From a virus (lineage: Duplodnaviria > Caudoviricetes): a stretch of 64,000 nucleotides of DNA. The translations under genes were made by a program, and so were the position numbers. Every line of letters starts with the position of its first letter. Position 1 is the first letter of the stretch. This document shows positions 1-7,796 of the stretch, piece by piece. Location of the stretch: the IMG/VR virus record IMGVR_UViG_3300012016_000699, positions 37,964 through 101,963 of that record. The stretch is one strand, 5' to 3'. The notes beneath the pieces were generated by a model. That model was not told the origin of the DNA, did not search any database, and saw only the letters and a program-made list of their open reading frames with translations.

Positions 1-3000
1 ATCGACATTCGCCCACTTTGCGTCTTCGGGGAAGTTGAATTCGAAACCGTCGTCGAACTGCTTCGAGAGCTGTGCGGAGAGGTCCGGGCTGTCGGCAGAG
101 CCTGCAGGCTGGAACAGTGTCATCGGAGATGCGTTGTTCAATGCCTCCAAAGCGATAGACATCGGATTCAGTGTTTCGTCACCGCTGAAACCGCTGACAC
201 CCTCCATGCCGAATATCTTGCCAGACTTTGATTTCTCGTTGTTGAGAACGAACTGTCCGCAATAGGTCAGAGAGCCTTGCTCCGATGTGCCTGCGAAGAT
301 GTCACAAGGCAGACCGTCAACAGACTGACGTACCCTTGCGTCATACTCCTGTGGAGGTGTGTTCAGACCAAGCTGATTCATGACGTTGTGGAACAGATGG
401 GCACCACCTGTATTACCAGCAAGTGAAGAGTCAACGAAGTCCGTCTTAGCACAGAGCACGGCCTGGTCGATTGAGTTGGCATTGCCACGAAGAGCATAGC
501 CACTGGCCGTTGCCGTTACGTCCACACCACCGATCTTCAGCACGCGGGCTACGTCGCCCTGCTGTGTAGTCAGGTAGATACGGATATTCTTATATGGGTA
601 CTTCACGGATGACGTACCTTGTATGCGGATTCTCACGTTACGCGCCTCGAAGCCTTCACCGATAGGGTTTCCATTGCTGTCGAGAGGAGGCTCCCATCGA
701 ACGAGGTCGGCCTTGAAGTTCTGCTTCTTGTCGGCACATGCGAACAAGTCGGACAAGCCCATGCCGGAGTCACCGCTTCTGATGATAGTCAGAACGCCGC
801 GTCCCCTTGACAGGAGCGTGTCACGGCTGATGGCGATGTTACCGTCAGCATCGCTTGTCTTGTTGGTGTCACCGACGTTGTTGTCCTCGGATGCGCTCTG
901 TATCTCAGCAGCCGTCGGACGGTCAATGATCCAGTTTGACAGAACTTCGTCAGCACTCAGCGGATTGCGGTAGTAGCGCAAGCCACGGATGCGGATGTCT
1001 GCCTTATCTGAATCGAAAGTAAGGTCAGCGGGTGTGTTCTGTCTCAGAGAGCCAGTATATCTGTTAGCTGCCGACAGAACGCCATTGATGAACATCATGG
1101 CCAGTCCGTAGCCGCTTGTAACAGGCTGAATCACGAATGCCACATGCTCCCAACGGTCAATAGCGATATTCTTTGCCACACCGTGAGGGCGTGAGATCTT
1201 CAACTTAACGGGCTCTTCCACGGGATTGCCCTCGTAGTCGATATAGTTGCCGTTCTCGTCAACGAGATCCTCGGCAGTGGTGATTTCCTCCACGCCTCCG
1301 AAATACAAGCCTGCTTCCTCAGTCGTAATCTTGATACCCATTGGGTATCCAGAGTTATTGTTATCACAGAGACAGCTCATGATAGTTGCGCCACGCTCCA
1401 TGACCTGCGATATCATGATCTCCATCTCCAGCGTCATACCGCGACCCTGGATGGAGTAGTCGCCATCCTCAACGTCCTGCACGAACGGGCGCAGGCCGAC
1501 GATGGCACGCGAGCCGTTGGTGAGCAGCAGCGTATCGACGCCCTGTGAGTCCTTGCCCCAGCCGTTTGTGCGCCAGTCCACGCCGTAGAACTTCGTGATG
1601 CCTCCCCAGTCGGCGGGGTTGGCCTCGCTGTTCGAGCGGCCTGTGGCAGTCAGCTTCTTACGGTAGCCTACGGTCTCCGTCTCGGAGATGCCGGAGGCAG
1701 TGACGGCCACTGCGAAAGTACGAACGCTCTCGCCGCAGGTAATCGTCATGGCATGGTTGCCGGAGGTGTCGAAGCGCTGGATGATCGACTGCATCGTGCG
1801 GCCTACGGCCAGTGTCTGGGTAGTAACGCCATCGACGGCCACTACTATTTCGCTCGTCAGTGCATCGGCATTCCATGCTGCGATATCCATCACAAGCTCA
1901 CTGAACTGGGCAACCGTGGCAGGCAGTCCGGTATTGCCATAGGCGAACGGCAGCGGCATATCGCTCAGCTGTGCGACGGGAGCCGACATGCGCAGACCGA
2001 CGTATTCCGCCTCGGAGCCTGCCTTCAGCAGGTCGACGATGACTGCGTTGGAGAGCAGGCCTCCGCTTTCCGCCAGCAGCTGAATGTTATGGCGTCCTGC
2101 CGCGAGGTTCGATGCCTGCAGATAGATATAGTTTCTTCCTGTACCGCCGATGGTGGTCGTCGAGTCGAGGACTCCGTCCACCCAAACACGGAGCGTCGTG
2201 CCTGTAGGAACGGTATAGGTATAAGGGATGCTGACGGTCTGTCCGTTCACGTAGCCATTGCTCAGCGCAAGCTGAGAGGCAGGGTCGAACGTAGTAGCCA
2301 GGTCCATGGTGATGACCGTCACGGTCTTTGAGCTGCGACTGGTCTTCACTTCCTCGTCGATAGGCGTAGTAGCCATAACCTGGATGTTCACCGTGCCTGC
2401 TGACGTGATCTTCGATGCGTCGAGGGTCAGCATGCGGACGGTGTCGCTCGGAGCCACCAGTGAGTGCATCTCGCTGTGGACCGTCGTAGTACCTACCTTC
2501 ACGGTTATCTCCACTGTCTGGGCTGGGTAGTTGGCACGCTCCGAGGTACCCTCAAAGGTTCTCAGACAGTCGTATTTCCACGTCATGATGATCGTGTCTC
2601 CCAGCTTCGTCACGGCTGGGGTCAGCAAGGCGGTTGTCACCTTCGGGGCAATAACTTCACCTATCTCCTGCGCTGCTGGAATCTGTGCAGAGAACACTTC
2701 ATCACCTTGAGCGTTACGGAAGATCAGCGGCACCATACCGCCAGACTCCTGTGTGGCGTCCACCTCAGCCTCTACCGGCAGGTTTGAGTTCAGTGCGTTG
2801 ATCTCGCTTGTGATGACGTTGTTAGCCACAGGGTTCGGGCTCACGGCACTGAGCGACTGGTCCACGACGGGAACGCTGAGGTTCACCTTGCCGTTGGGAT
2901 CCTTCTCCACTTCGGAGTTGTTCACTGTCACGCCTGCCACCTTGCCTGCGAGAGCCGTCTCTGCAGCAGCGCTGATGTGCTGCTCACGGAGGAAACGCTC

Positions 3001-3150
3001 TATCTCCCCCTTGTTGATGCCCCACTCGGCACCTGCGGGAATGGTCACGCCATGCACCGTGATGGGGGCGTTGGTGTTGTTCACGCCGCCCCAGGGGTCA
3101 TTCTTGCTTGTCAGGATGTTCGTTCCTGGAATAGTAATTTTCTTTGCCAT
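1..3150 (-). CDS. Large virion/tail-associated protein (>1050 aa, runs off the window) with LamG-like and CotH-kinase-like domains
   Basis: Missing from the ORF track. Read by eye from ATG 3150 (MAKKITIPGTN...) to base 1 (...FNFPEDAKWANVD). LamG-like WEHVAFVI..MFINGVL..IRGLRYY; CotH-like RIQGTSSVKYPYKNIRIY, CAKTDFVDSS, GQFVLNNEK. Confidence 0.85.
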   Translation of the reverse strand, partial: MAKKITIPGTNILTSKNDPWGGVNNTNAPITVHGVTIPAGAEWGINKGEIERFLREQHISAAAETALAGKVAGVTVNNSEVEKDPNGKVNLSVPVVDQSLSAVSPNPVANNVITSEINALNSNLPVEAEVDATQESGGMVPLIFRNAQGDEVFSAQIPAAQEIGEVIAPKVTTALLTPAVTKLGDTIIMTWKYDCLRTFEGTSERANYPAQTVEITVKVGTTTVHSEMHSLVAPSDTVRMLTLDASKITSAGTVNIQVMATTPIDEEVKTSRSSKTVTVITMDLATTFDPASQLALSNGYVNGQTVSIPYTYTVPTGTTLRVWVDGVLDSTTTIGGTGRNYIYLQASNLAAGRHNIQLLAESGGLLSNAVIVDLLKAGSEAEYVGLRMSAPVAQLSDMPLPFAYGNTGLPATVAQFSELVMDIAAWNADALTSEIVVAVDGVTTQTLAVGRTMQSIIQRFDTSGNHAMTITCGESVRTFAVAVTASGISETETVGYRKKLTATGRSNSEANPADWGGITKFYGVDWRTNGWGKDSQGVDTLLLTNGSRAIVGLRPFVQDVEDGDYSIQGRGMTLEMEIMISQVMERGATIMSCLCDNNNSGYPMGIKITTEEAGLYFGGVEEITTAEDLVDENGNYIDYEGNPVEEPVKLKISRPHGVAKNIAIDRWEHVAFVIQPVTSGYGLAMMFINGVLSAANRYTGSLRQNTPADLTFDSDKADIRIRGLRYYRNPLSADEVLSNWIIDRPTAAEIQSASEDNNVGDTNKTSDADGNIAISRDTLLSRGRGVLTIIRSGDSGMGLSDLFACADKKQNFKADLVRWEPPLDSNGNPIGEGFEARNVRIRIQGTSSVKYPYKNIRIYLTTQQGDVARVLKIGGVDVTATASGYALRGNANSIDQAVLCAKTDFVDSSLAGNTGGAHLFHNVMNQLGLNTPPQEYDARVRQSVDGLPCDIFAGTSEQGSLTYCGQFVLNNEKSKSGKIFGMEGVSGFSGDETLNPMSIALEALNNASPMTLFQPAGSADSPDLSAQLSKQFDDGFEFNFPEDAKWANVD

Positions 3151-3179
3151 TTCTCTTTATGCTTTTGGTTTTTAATATT

Positions 3180-3281
3180 CTACCACGCCTCCGAACGGAA
3201 GAAGCCGTCGGAGCGGAACCAGTCTGCAATGGCCGCAATCTTCACCGAGGCCATCATTATCGCTCTGCGGAATATGCTCAT
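3180..3281 (-). CDS. 33-aa small ORF MSIFRRAIMMASVKIAAIADWFRSDGFFRSEAW
   Basis: ATGA overlap with the stop of 3278..3760; fills the gap. Confidence 0.5.
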   Translation of the reverse strand: MSIFRRAIMMASVKIAAIADWFRSDGFFRSEAW

Positions 3282-3760
3282 GACTGGGCGGCCTCCCATC
3301 CCGCTGCCACGGCCATGCCGTGCAGGATGCTCACCTGGTAGGTGTAGCCGTCCTCCCACTCTGGAGCCTCGCCGCCAGCCCATCGGACATCCGAGGCGAA
3401 GTTCAGTTCGAACAGGTTACCGCTGACCGTGAACTCCATCATGTATTCACTCGCACCGCTGCCGGTAGCCGTCAGCAGCGTGATATTCAGCTCCGTCATA
3501 GGCGAAGCCCATCTGTGCAGGATATTCGGCTTGATGCCGACGGTGGCGGAAGACTGCTGCTGCTCCGGCATGCGTGGATCGGAAGTGTCCTTTTGCCACC
3601 ACTCAGTATCGGTCACGGGATGTCCCACATTGCCGGCCTTGCGGCTGATGTAGGAGCAATCCGTCTCGGCGTCATACACCCTTACCAGGGCCTTGTACTC
3701 CATGGTAGGGTCGTAGCCACCTCCTGCAGTGATACCAATAGTAAATCTCTTAGTTGCCAT
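3278..3760 (-). CDS. Tail-fibre-associated hypothetical protein
   Basis: YDPTMEY..LVRV..SYIS..GNVGHPVTDTEWWQ (carbohydrate-binding-like) and C-terminal VRWAGGEAPEWEDGYTYQVSI; position among tail-tip genes. Confidence 0.6.
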   Translation of the reverse strand: MATKRFTIGITAGGGYDPTMEYKALVRVYDAETDCSYISRKAGNVGHPVTDTEWWQKDTSDPRMPEQQQSSATVGIKPNILHRWASPMTELNITLLTATGSGASEYMMEFTVSGNLFELNFASDVRWAGGEAPEWEDGYTYQVSILHGMAVAAGWEAAQS

Positions 3761-3789
3761 AATTGTATTTTTTGAATTATCAGTGATCG

Positions 3790-4029
3790 TTAATCTGTGG
3801 TCTGTATGGTCAGGTCTCCGTTATCGAAGTCGATGTTGTCCTCTACGATGGACGTGCCCTCCTCATATTCCATGATGAGTTCACCGTCGCTGAAGGAATA
3901 CTCGAAGTTGACATACGGCAGGCCCTCCACCAGCATCTCTACCTTACGCTCGATCTTCTCCAGACGACCGTCGCACAGTACAGACAGCTTCTTCATCAAC
4001 AGCCCGAGGGCGCCCAGTTTCTTGGCCAT
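3790..4029 (-). CDS. Small tail-region protein
   Basis: ORF; N-terminus resembles 4134..4982, C-terminus resembles 6024..6785. Confidence 0.6.
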   Translation of the reverse strand: MAKKLGALGLLMKKLSVLCDGRLEKIERKVEMLVEGLPYVNFEYSFSDGELIMEYEEGTSIVEDNIDFDNGDLTIQTTD

Positions 4030-4084
4030 ATCAATTCCTTGCTTTTTTTTTACCTAAACTTTTATCGCATTATAAGCTTGTAAG

Positions 4085-4121
4085 CGTGAGGGACGGCAGG
4101 ATAACAAGACCGTCCCCCACG
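4085..4121 (-). other. Intergenic stem-loop
   Basis: cgtgagggacgg / ccgtcccccacg imperfect inverted repeat. Confidence 0.5.
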
Positions 4122-4133
4122 TCGTCAGAAAGC

Positions 4134-4982
4134 CTAAGCCTCGTCGGTGATAGAGTCATCACTTACTCCGGGCAGAGTGGTGGTAACCATCTCGCTGTCG
4201 GCTGCATAGCCGTACCAGCTGCCGATCTCAGCGTCTGAGATCAGTGAGAGGTCCATGTCCTCAACGAGATTGTCGAGGTTCTCCTTGTCCTGTGCGGACA
4301 TGGCACCGTTCGAGCCGCCCGCTCCGTTGGTAGAAGGAGTGGCGAGGGCAAGCTTCAGGCCTTCGGCGGTGATTGACAGACCGTTGGCATTGCTGCTGTC
4401 GATCTTGATGGCCAATCCGTCGGAAGACACCTCCAGACCGCTGGCATCAGCGTTGTCCACCTTCTTCAGCTTGATGCTGAATACCTTGTTGTCAAGGCTG
4501 AGGCCGTCACCGTTGGTGTAGATGTCCATCAGCTCGGTGACGTTGATACTCAGGTGGTCGTCGGTCTCCGATCCGTTCTCGGTGTCCTTGGTGTTGATCA
4601 CCAGGTCCATCCACTGGCCAGCACCAGTCACTGTGGAGGGAGCCTCGTAAGGCTCTGCGACGGCTGTGCTGTCTACCTTCGTCACCATCCACTTGCCTTC
4701 GTTGTCGCCTGTTCCGGCCACGACGGTCAGCAGGTGGGACTTACCCTTCTTCACGAGGAAATCCTTCGGGATGTCGATCTCGATGCGGTTAGCGTCTGCC
4801 TCGGCTGCAGCCTGTGTCTTGGCTGAGGAGAGGATGATAGTCTTCAGGTAGCCGGTGTTGGCGGTACCCTTCTCGTACCTACGAAGTTTTGATAGGTCGA
4901 TTTGCTCGTCGGTGTAGCCCTTCGAGGTCTTGGAAATCTTCTTGAGCACGAGCCCAATAGCAGAATGCTTCTTTTTAGCCAT
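4134..4982 (-). CDS. Tail/head fibre-like protein
   Basis: IDIPKDFLVK, YTNGDGLSL, GL(E/S)V/ITxxGL repeats and GAMSAQDKENLD fibre-type repeat. Confidence 0.65.
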   Translation of the reverse strand: MAKKKHSAIGLVLKKISKTSKGYTDEQIDLSKLRRYEKGTANTGYLKTIILSSAKTQAAAEADANRIEIDIPKDFLVKKGKSHLLTVVAGTGDNEGKWMVTKVDSTAVAEPYEAPSTVTGAGQWMDLVINTKDTENGSETDDHLSINVTELMDIYTNGDGLSLDNKVFSIKLKKVDNADASGLEVSSDGLAIKIDSSNANGLSITAEGLKLALATPSTNGAGGSNGAMSAQDKENLDNLVEDMDLSLISDAEIGSWYGYAADSEMVTTTLPGVSDDSITDEA

Positions 4983-5051
4983 AATGCAATAAAGATTAAA
5001 ATGTTAATAAAATGTGAACTATACTGACGGGACGAATCCCAGTTTCAGTCT

Positions 5052-5507
5052 TTACTTGAGAGTGTAGACGCTGCTCGTGCAGTCGTCTATGGTCACGCTG
5101 ACAGTCGCTGAGACGGCAGCCCTGTAAGCCGAAGAATCCTCCTCTGAGAGCGTAACCGTCTTACCTTCACCTTCCAGGCGGTGCTCCGTTCCGTCAAGGG
5201 TCAGAAGCCATTCGGCCGCATCCTCGCCGTCGATGAATCTGCCGTCAATGGTAAGTATGACGCCGCCCTCGGTATCCTCAGCCGTGATGTTGTTGTATTC
5301 AGGGTCATAGAAGAAGTTCTCGATGTCCTCTTCAGTGATCTCGCAGACCATCTCTATGACGGCATTGTTGGTAGCCTCCTTGACCTCCTCCTCGGAGTAC
5401 AGCCTCTTGCCTTCCTTCAGCTGTCTGGAAATGGCGGCCATGTCATCGAGGAGCTGGTCAACTTCCTCTACGCTTTCGCTGATACATTTCTTTTCTTCCA
5501 ATGCCAT
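5052..5507 (-). CDS. Hypothetical virion-region protein
   Basis: ORF in operon, tight spacing. Confidence 0.6.
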   Translation of the reverse strand: MALEEKKCISESVEEVDQLLDDMAAISRQLKEGKRLYSEEEVKEATNNAVIEMVCEITEEDIENFFYDPEYNNITAEDTEGGVILTIDGRFIDGEDAAEWLLTLDGTEHRLEGEGKTVTLSEEDSSAYRAAVSATVSVTIDDCTSSVYTLK

Positions 5508-5512
5508 GATAT

Positions 5513-6010
5513 CTACTGATTCCTGTATTTGTGAACAAAAATTGGATTGCCGTTTCGGTCATGGATGACCTGGCCGTTGCGGTCGAGAAGCAGCATGAGT
5601 CCGTCGTCGTTGACGCTGGTCATCCATACTCTCGTGAAGGTCACCCAGTGCTTGTGCCTGCAGTAGCCCATGGCATAGCCGGGCATCGTGCAGTAAGGCT
5701 CATAGAGGAACTGTTCGTCTGTCTCCTGCCGGTAGCCGCCAGCATAGTCTCCGTCTGGGATGCCGCAGGTGGTGGTGACGAAAGTCTTTCCGATGCGGGC
5801 GCGTACGGTGATGTAGAAGTTCCCTTCCTCGTCGACGAGGCTATCGTCCTTCGTAATGGGAAGCTTCCTGAATTCGTTGCGGAGCTGCAGCAGCCACGGA
5901 TCCGTCTTCGGGTCGAAGCCCTCAAGGCTGAAGTCCACGCGGAACTTCAGGTCCGTGTCCGGGTAGATAACGTTCATCTCCTGCTGCGTGCTTGTTTCTT
6001 GTCCTTCCAT
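5513..6010 (-). CDS. Tail-tip associated hypothetical protein (start revised to ATG 6010)
   Basis: IYPDTDLKFRV..IPDGDYAGGYRQE pattern; revised start removes the overlap. Confidence 0.6.
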   Translation of the reverse strand: MEGQETSTQQEMNVIYPDTDLKFRVDFSLEGFDPKTDPWLLQLRNEFRKLPITKDDSLVDEEGNFYITVRARIGKTFVTTTCGIPDGDYAGGYRQETDEQFLYEPYCTMPGYAMGYCRHKHWVTFTRVWMTSVNDDGLMLLLDRNGQVIHDRNGNPIFVHKYRNQ

Positions 6011-6023
6011 ACTGTTGTATTGC

Positions 6024-6785
6024 TTATATGTTGTAATCCACAATGAAATCACCGTTATCGAAGCTGAACATATCCATGGTGAGCCTGTCCCGCTCTACAT
6101 ATTCCATGATCAGCTCACCCTCCTCGTAGTTGTAGCTGAAGTCGAGACAGAGGATTCCCTTCCGTGAGGCCTCCTCTTCCTCCCACTGCTGCCAGTTGGC
6201 AAGGACGCGCGACCAGAAAGCATCCCAGTCGGGCACCACGCCATCCGTATAGAAGTCCTCCCACTGCTGCTGCGATGTGGCAACGAACCCCTCGAAACGG
6301 GTGTAGAGTGCCTCTGCGTCGTGCTGGAAGCCGTTGTTGTTCTGCCCGAGGAACCAGGCGAACATCAAGTCATGGATCTGCTGTGCCTCGGCACCCTGCT
6401 GCTCGGCAGTGTTACCCTGCTGGCTGACACGCTCGTAGAGCGTCTGGTAGCCTTCCAGTGCGTTCTCCACGCGCTCTCCCTGTGACTGGGCGTAGCCTGC
6501 GGCACGCTCTGCGCTGGAGGCGGCATTGTCGCAGCGTTCACGCACATCCTCTCCGAGACGGCTGAGGCCTTCCACGATGGAGGTAGGCGACACATTCTCG
6601 ATCCTGCGTATCCCCTGGTAGATATACGACGCCAGCAGTCCTGCGTGCCTTTCGGAGTCGAAGTTCACAATCTGGATGTCCGACGCCTCCCGCATGATCG
6701 TGGAGAAGTAGTCCAGGATATCCTGCTTGTGTCCGCGCAACCATTGCCACATGATTCCTGACATGGTGTTGTCAATCTCTGCCAT
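6024..6785 (-). CDS. Tail-region protein with coiled coil
   Basis: Ala/Gln-rich helical middle; C-terminal GELIMEY motif. Confidence 0.6.
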   Translation of the reverse strand: MAEIDNTMSGIMWQWLRGHKQDILDYFSTIMREASDIQIVNFDSERHAGLLASYIYQGIRRIENVSPTSIVEGLSRLGEDVRERCDNAASSAERAAGYAQSQGERVENALEGYQTLYERVSQQGNTAEQQGAEAQQIHDLMFAWFLGQNNNGFQHDAEALYTRFEGFVATSQQQWEDFYTDGVVPDWDAFWSRVLANWQQWEEEEASRKGILCLDFSYNYEEGELIMEYVERDRLTMDMFSFDNGDFIVDYNI

Positions 6786-6805
6786 AGCCGTTCAGGGTTT
6801 CGTTA

Positions 6806-7114
6806 TTAACTTTCAGCTACTGCCTCGTCCTCCGGCATCAGCTTCATGATGATGGAAGCCACGGTCTCAGTGATATCCTTCTTGGTGGAATTCTTCAGGC
6901 CTTCGACACGTGCGTTAAGGAAAAGGCGGCCGTCCCTGTTGTCCATCACAAAGCGTCCGAGACTATCCTCGCCCTTCTTGATAACTCCCTCGATGACGAG
7001 ACTGCCGTTCCTTACGCTCTGGCTCGACTCGATGGAAATGTTCTCACTGATCATAACAGGCGCGTAATCAACGTGCATGTTGTTGTTCTTCTCTGATAAC
7101 TGAATCTCTTTCAT
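6806..7114 (-). CDS. Hypothetical protein
   Basis: ORF in operon. Confidence 0.6.
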   Translation of the reverse strand: MKEIQLSEKNNNMHVDYAPVMISENISIESSQSVRNGSLVIEGVIKKGEDSLGRFVMDNRDGRLFLNARVEGLKNSTKKDITETVASIIMKLMPEDEAVAES

Positions 7115-7132
7115 ATCTTACTTTTTTAGGGG

Positions 7133-7435
7133 TTATACTTCTTTCAGCATCTCGTCGAGCTGCGGGTTCACGCTCAACAGGATGAAGGGAGCAAAGCCTG
7201 CGTTGATGAGATCGCGAACAGTTTTCAGTTCTTCATCCGTCAGCTCCACTTCCTCGTGGTGATAGACCTTCTGTCCCAGCTCGGAGATACGAATATCCTT
7301 CCCGCCATAGAACAGACCGTTTCCGAGTGCTTTGGCAAAGTCATAGGGCACTTTCGCCCCCGCCTTGTCTGCCACCTTATAAGGCTTGCCGTCGATGTCC
7401 TTTACGACAATCTTTGAAAAGTCAATCTTTCTCAT
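7133..7435 (-). CDS. Conserved Bacteroidota phage hypothetical protein
   Basis: MRKIDFSKI..DIDG..LGNGLF..EVELTDEE pattern commonly seen after tail-tip genes. Confidence 0.65.
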   Translation of the reverse strand: MRKIDFSKIVVKDIDGKPYKVADKAGAKVPYDFAKALGNGLFYGGKDIRISELGQKVYHHEEVELTDEELKTVRDLINAGFAPFILLSVNPQLDEMLKEV

Positions 7436-7439
7436 TCTT

Positions 7440-7796
7440 CTATGAATTTAGGGTGAATAAATATTTGGCCCAGGCATAGTGCCTGCGTACTTCGTTGTAA
7501 TAGACCTCTTCCTGATGTTCGTATGCTTCCTGTTCGAAGCTGATGCTCATATAGGCCCTATCTCTGTTGAACTTGCAGAACGGCAGCTTGATGATCCACT
7601 CCAAGACGTAAATCAGAAAAAACAGAAGGAACAGACATTCCGCTTGCTGTAATGCGTGAGTCGTCTCGTGACGTTCAACCTTTTTAGTATATTTTTCAGC
7701 ACGATCTTTACGGACAAAGACGAATGGATATATCGTCAACGCCGTGTAGCACTTAAATGGGAAACTCCCTGTTATTATCTGCCTTAACTTAACCAT
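7440..7796 (-). CDS. HExxH-motif membrane-associated phage protein
   Basis: RHETTHALQQ, a hydrophobic segment and AYMSISFEQEAY. Confidence 0.65.
   Translation of the reverse strand: MVKLRQIITGSFPFKCYTALTIYPFVFVRKDRAEKYTKKVERHETTHALQQAECLFLLFFLIYVLEWIIKLPFCKFNRDRAYMSISFEQEAYEHQEEVYYNEVRRHYAWAKYLFTLNS

Noticed and set aside
4043-4051. Poly-T9 tract as a phase-variation site
   Set aside because: Intergenic; reads as an ordinary A-rich Bacteroidota translation-initiation region on the minus strand.
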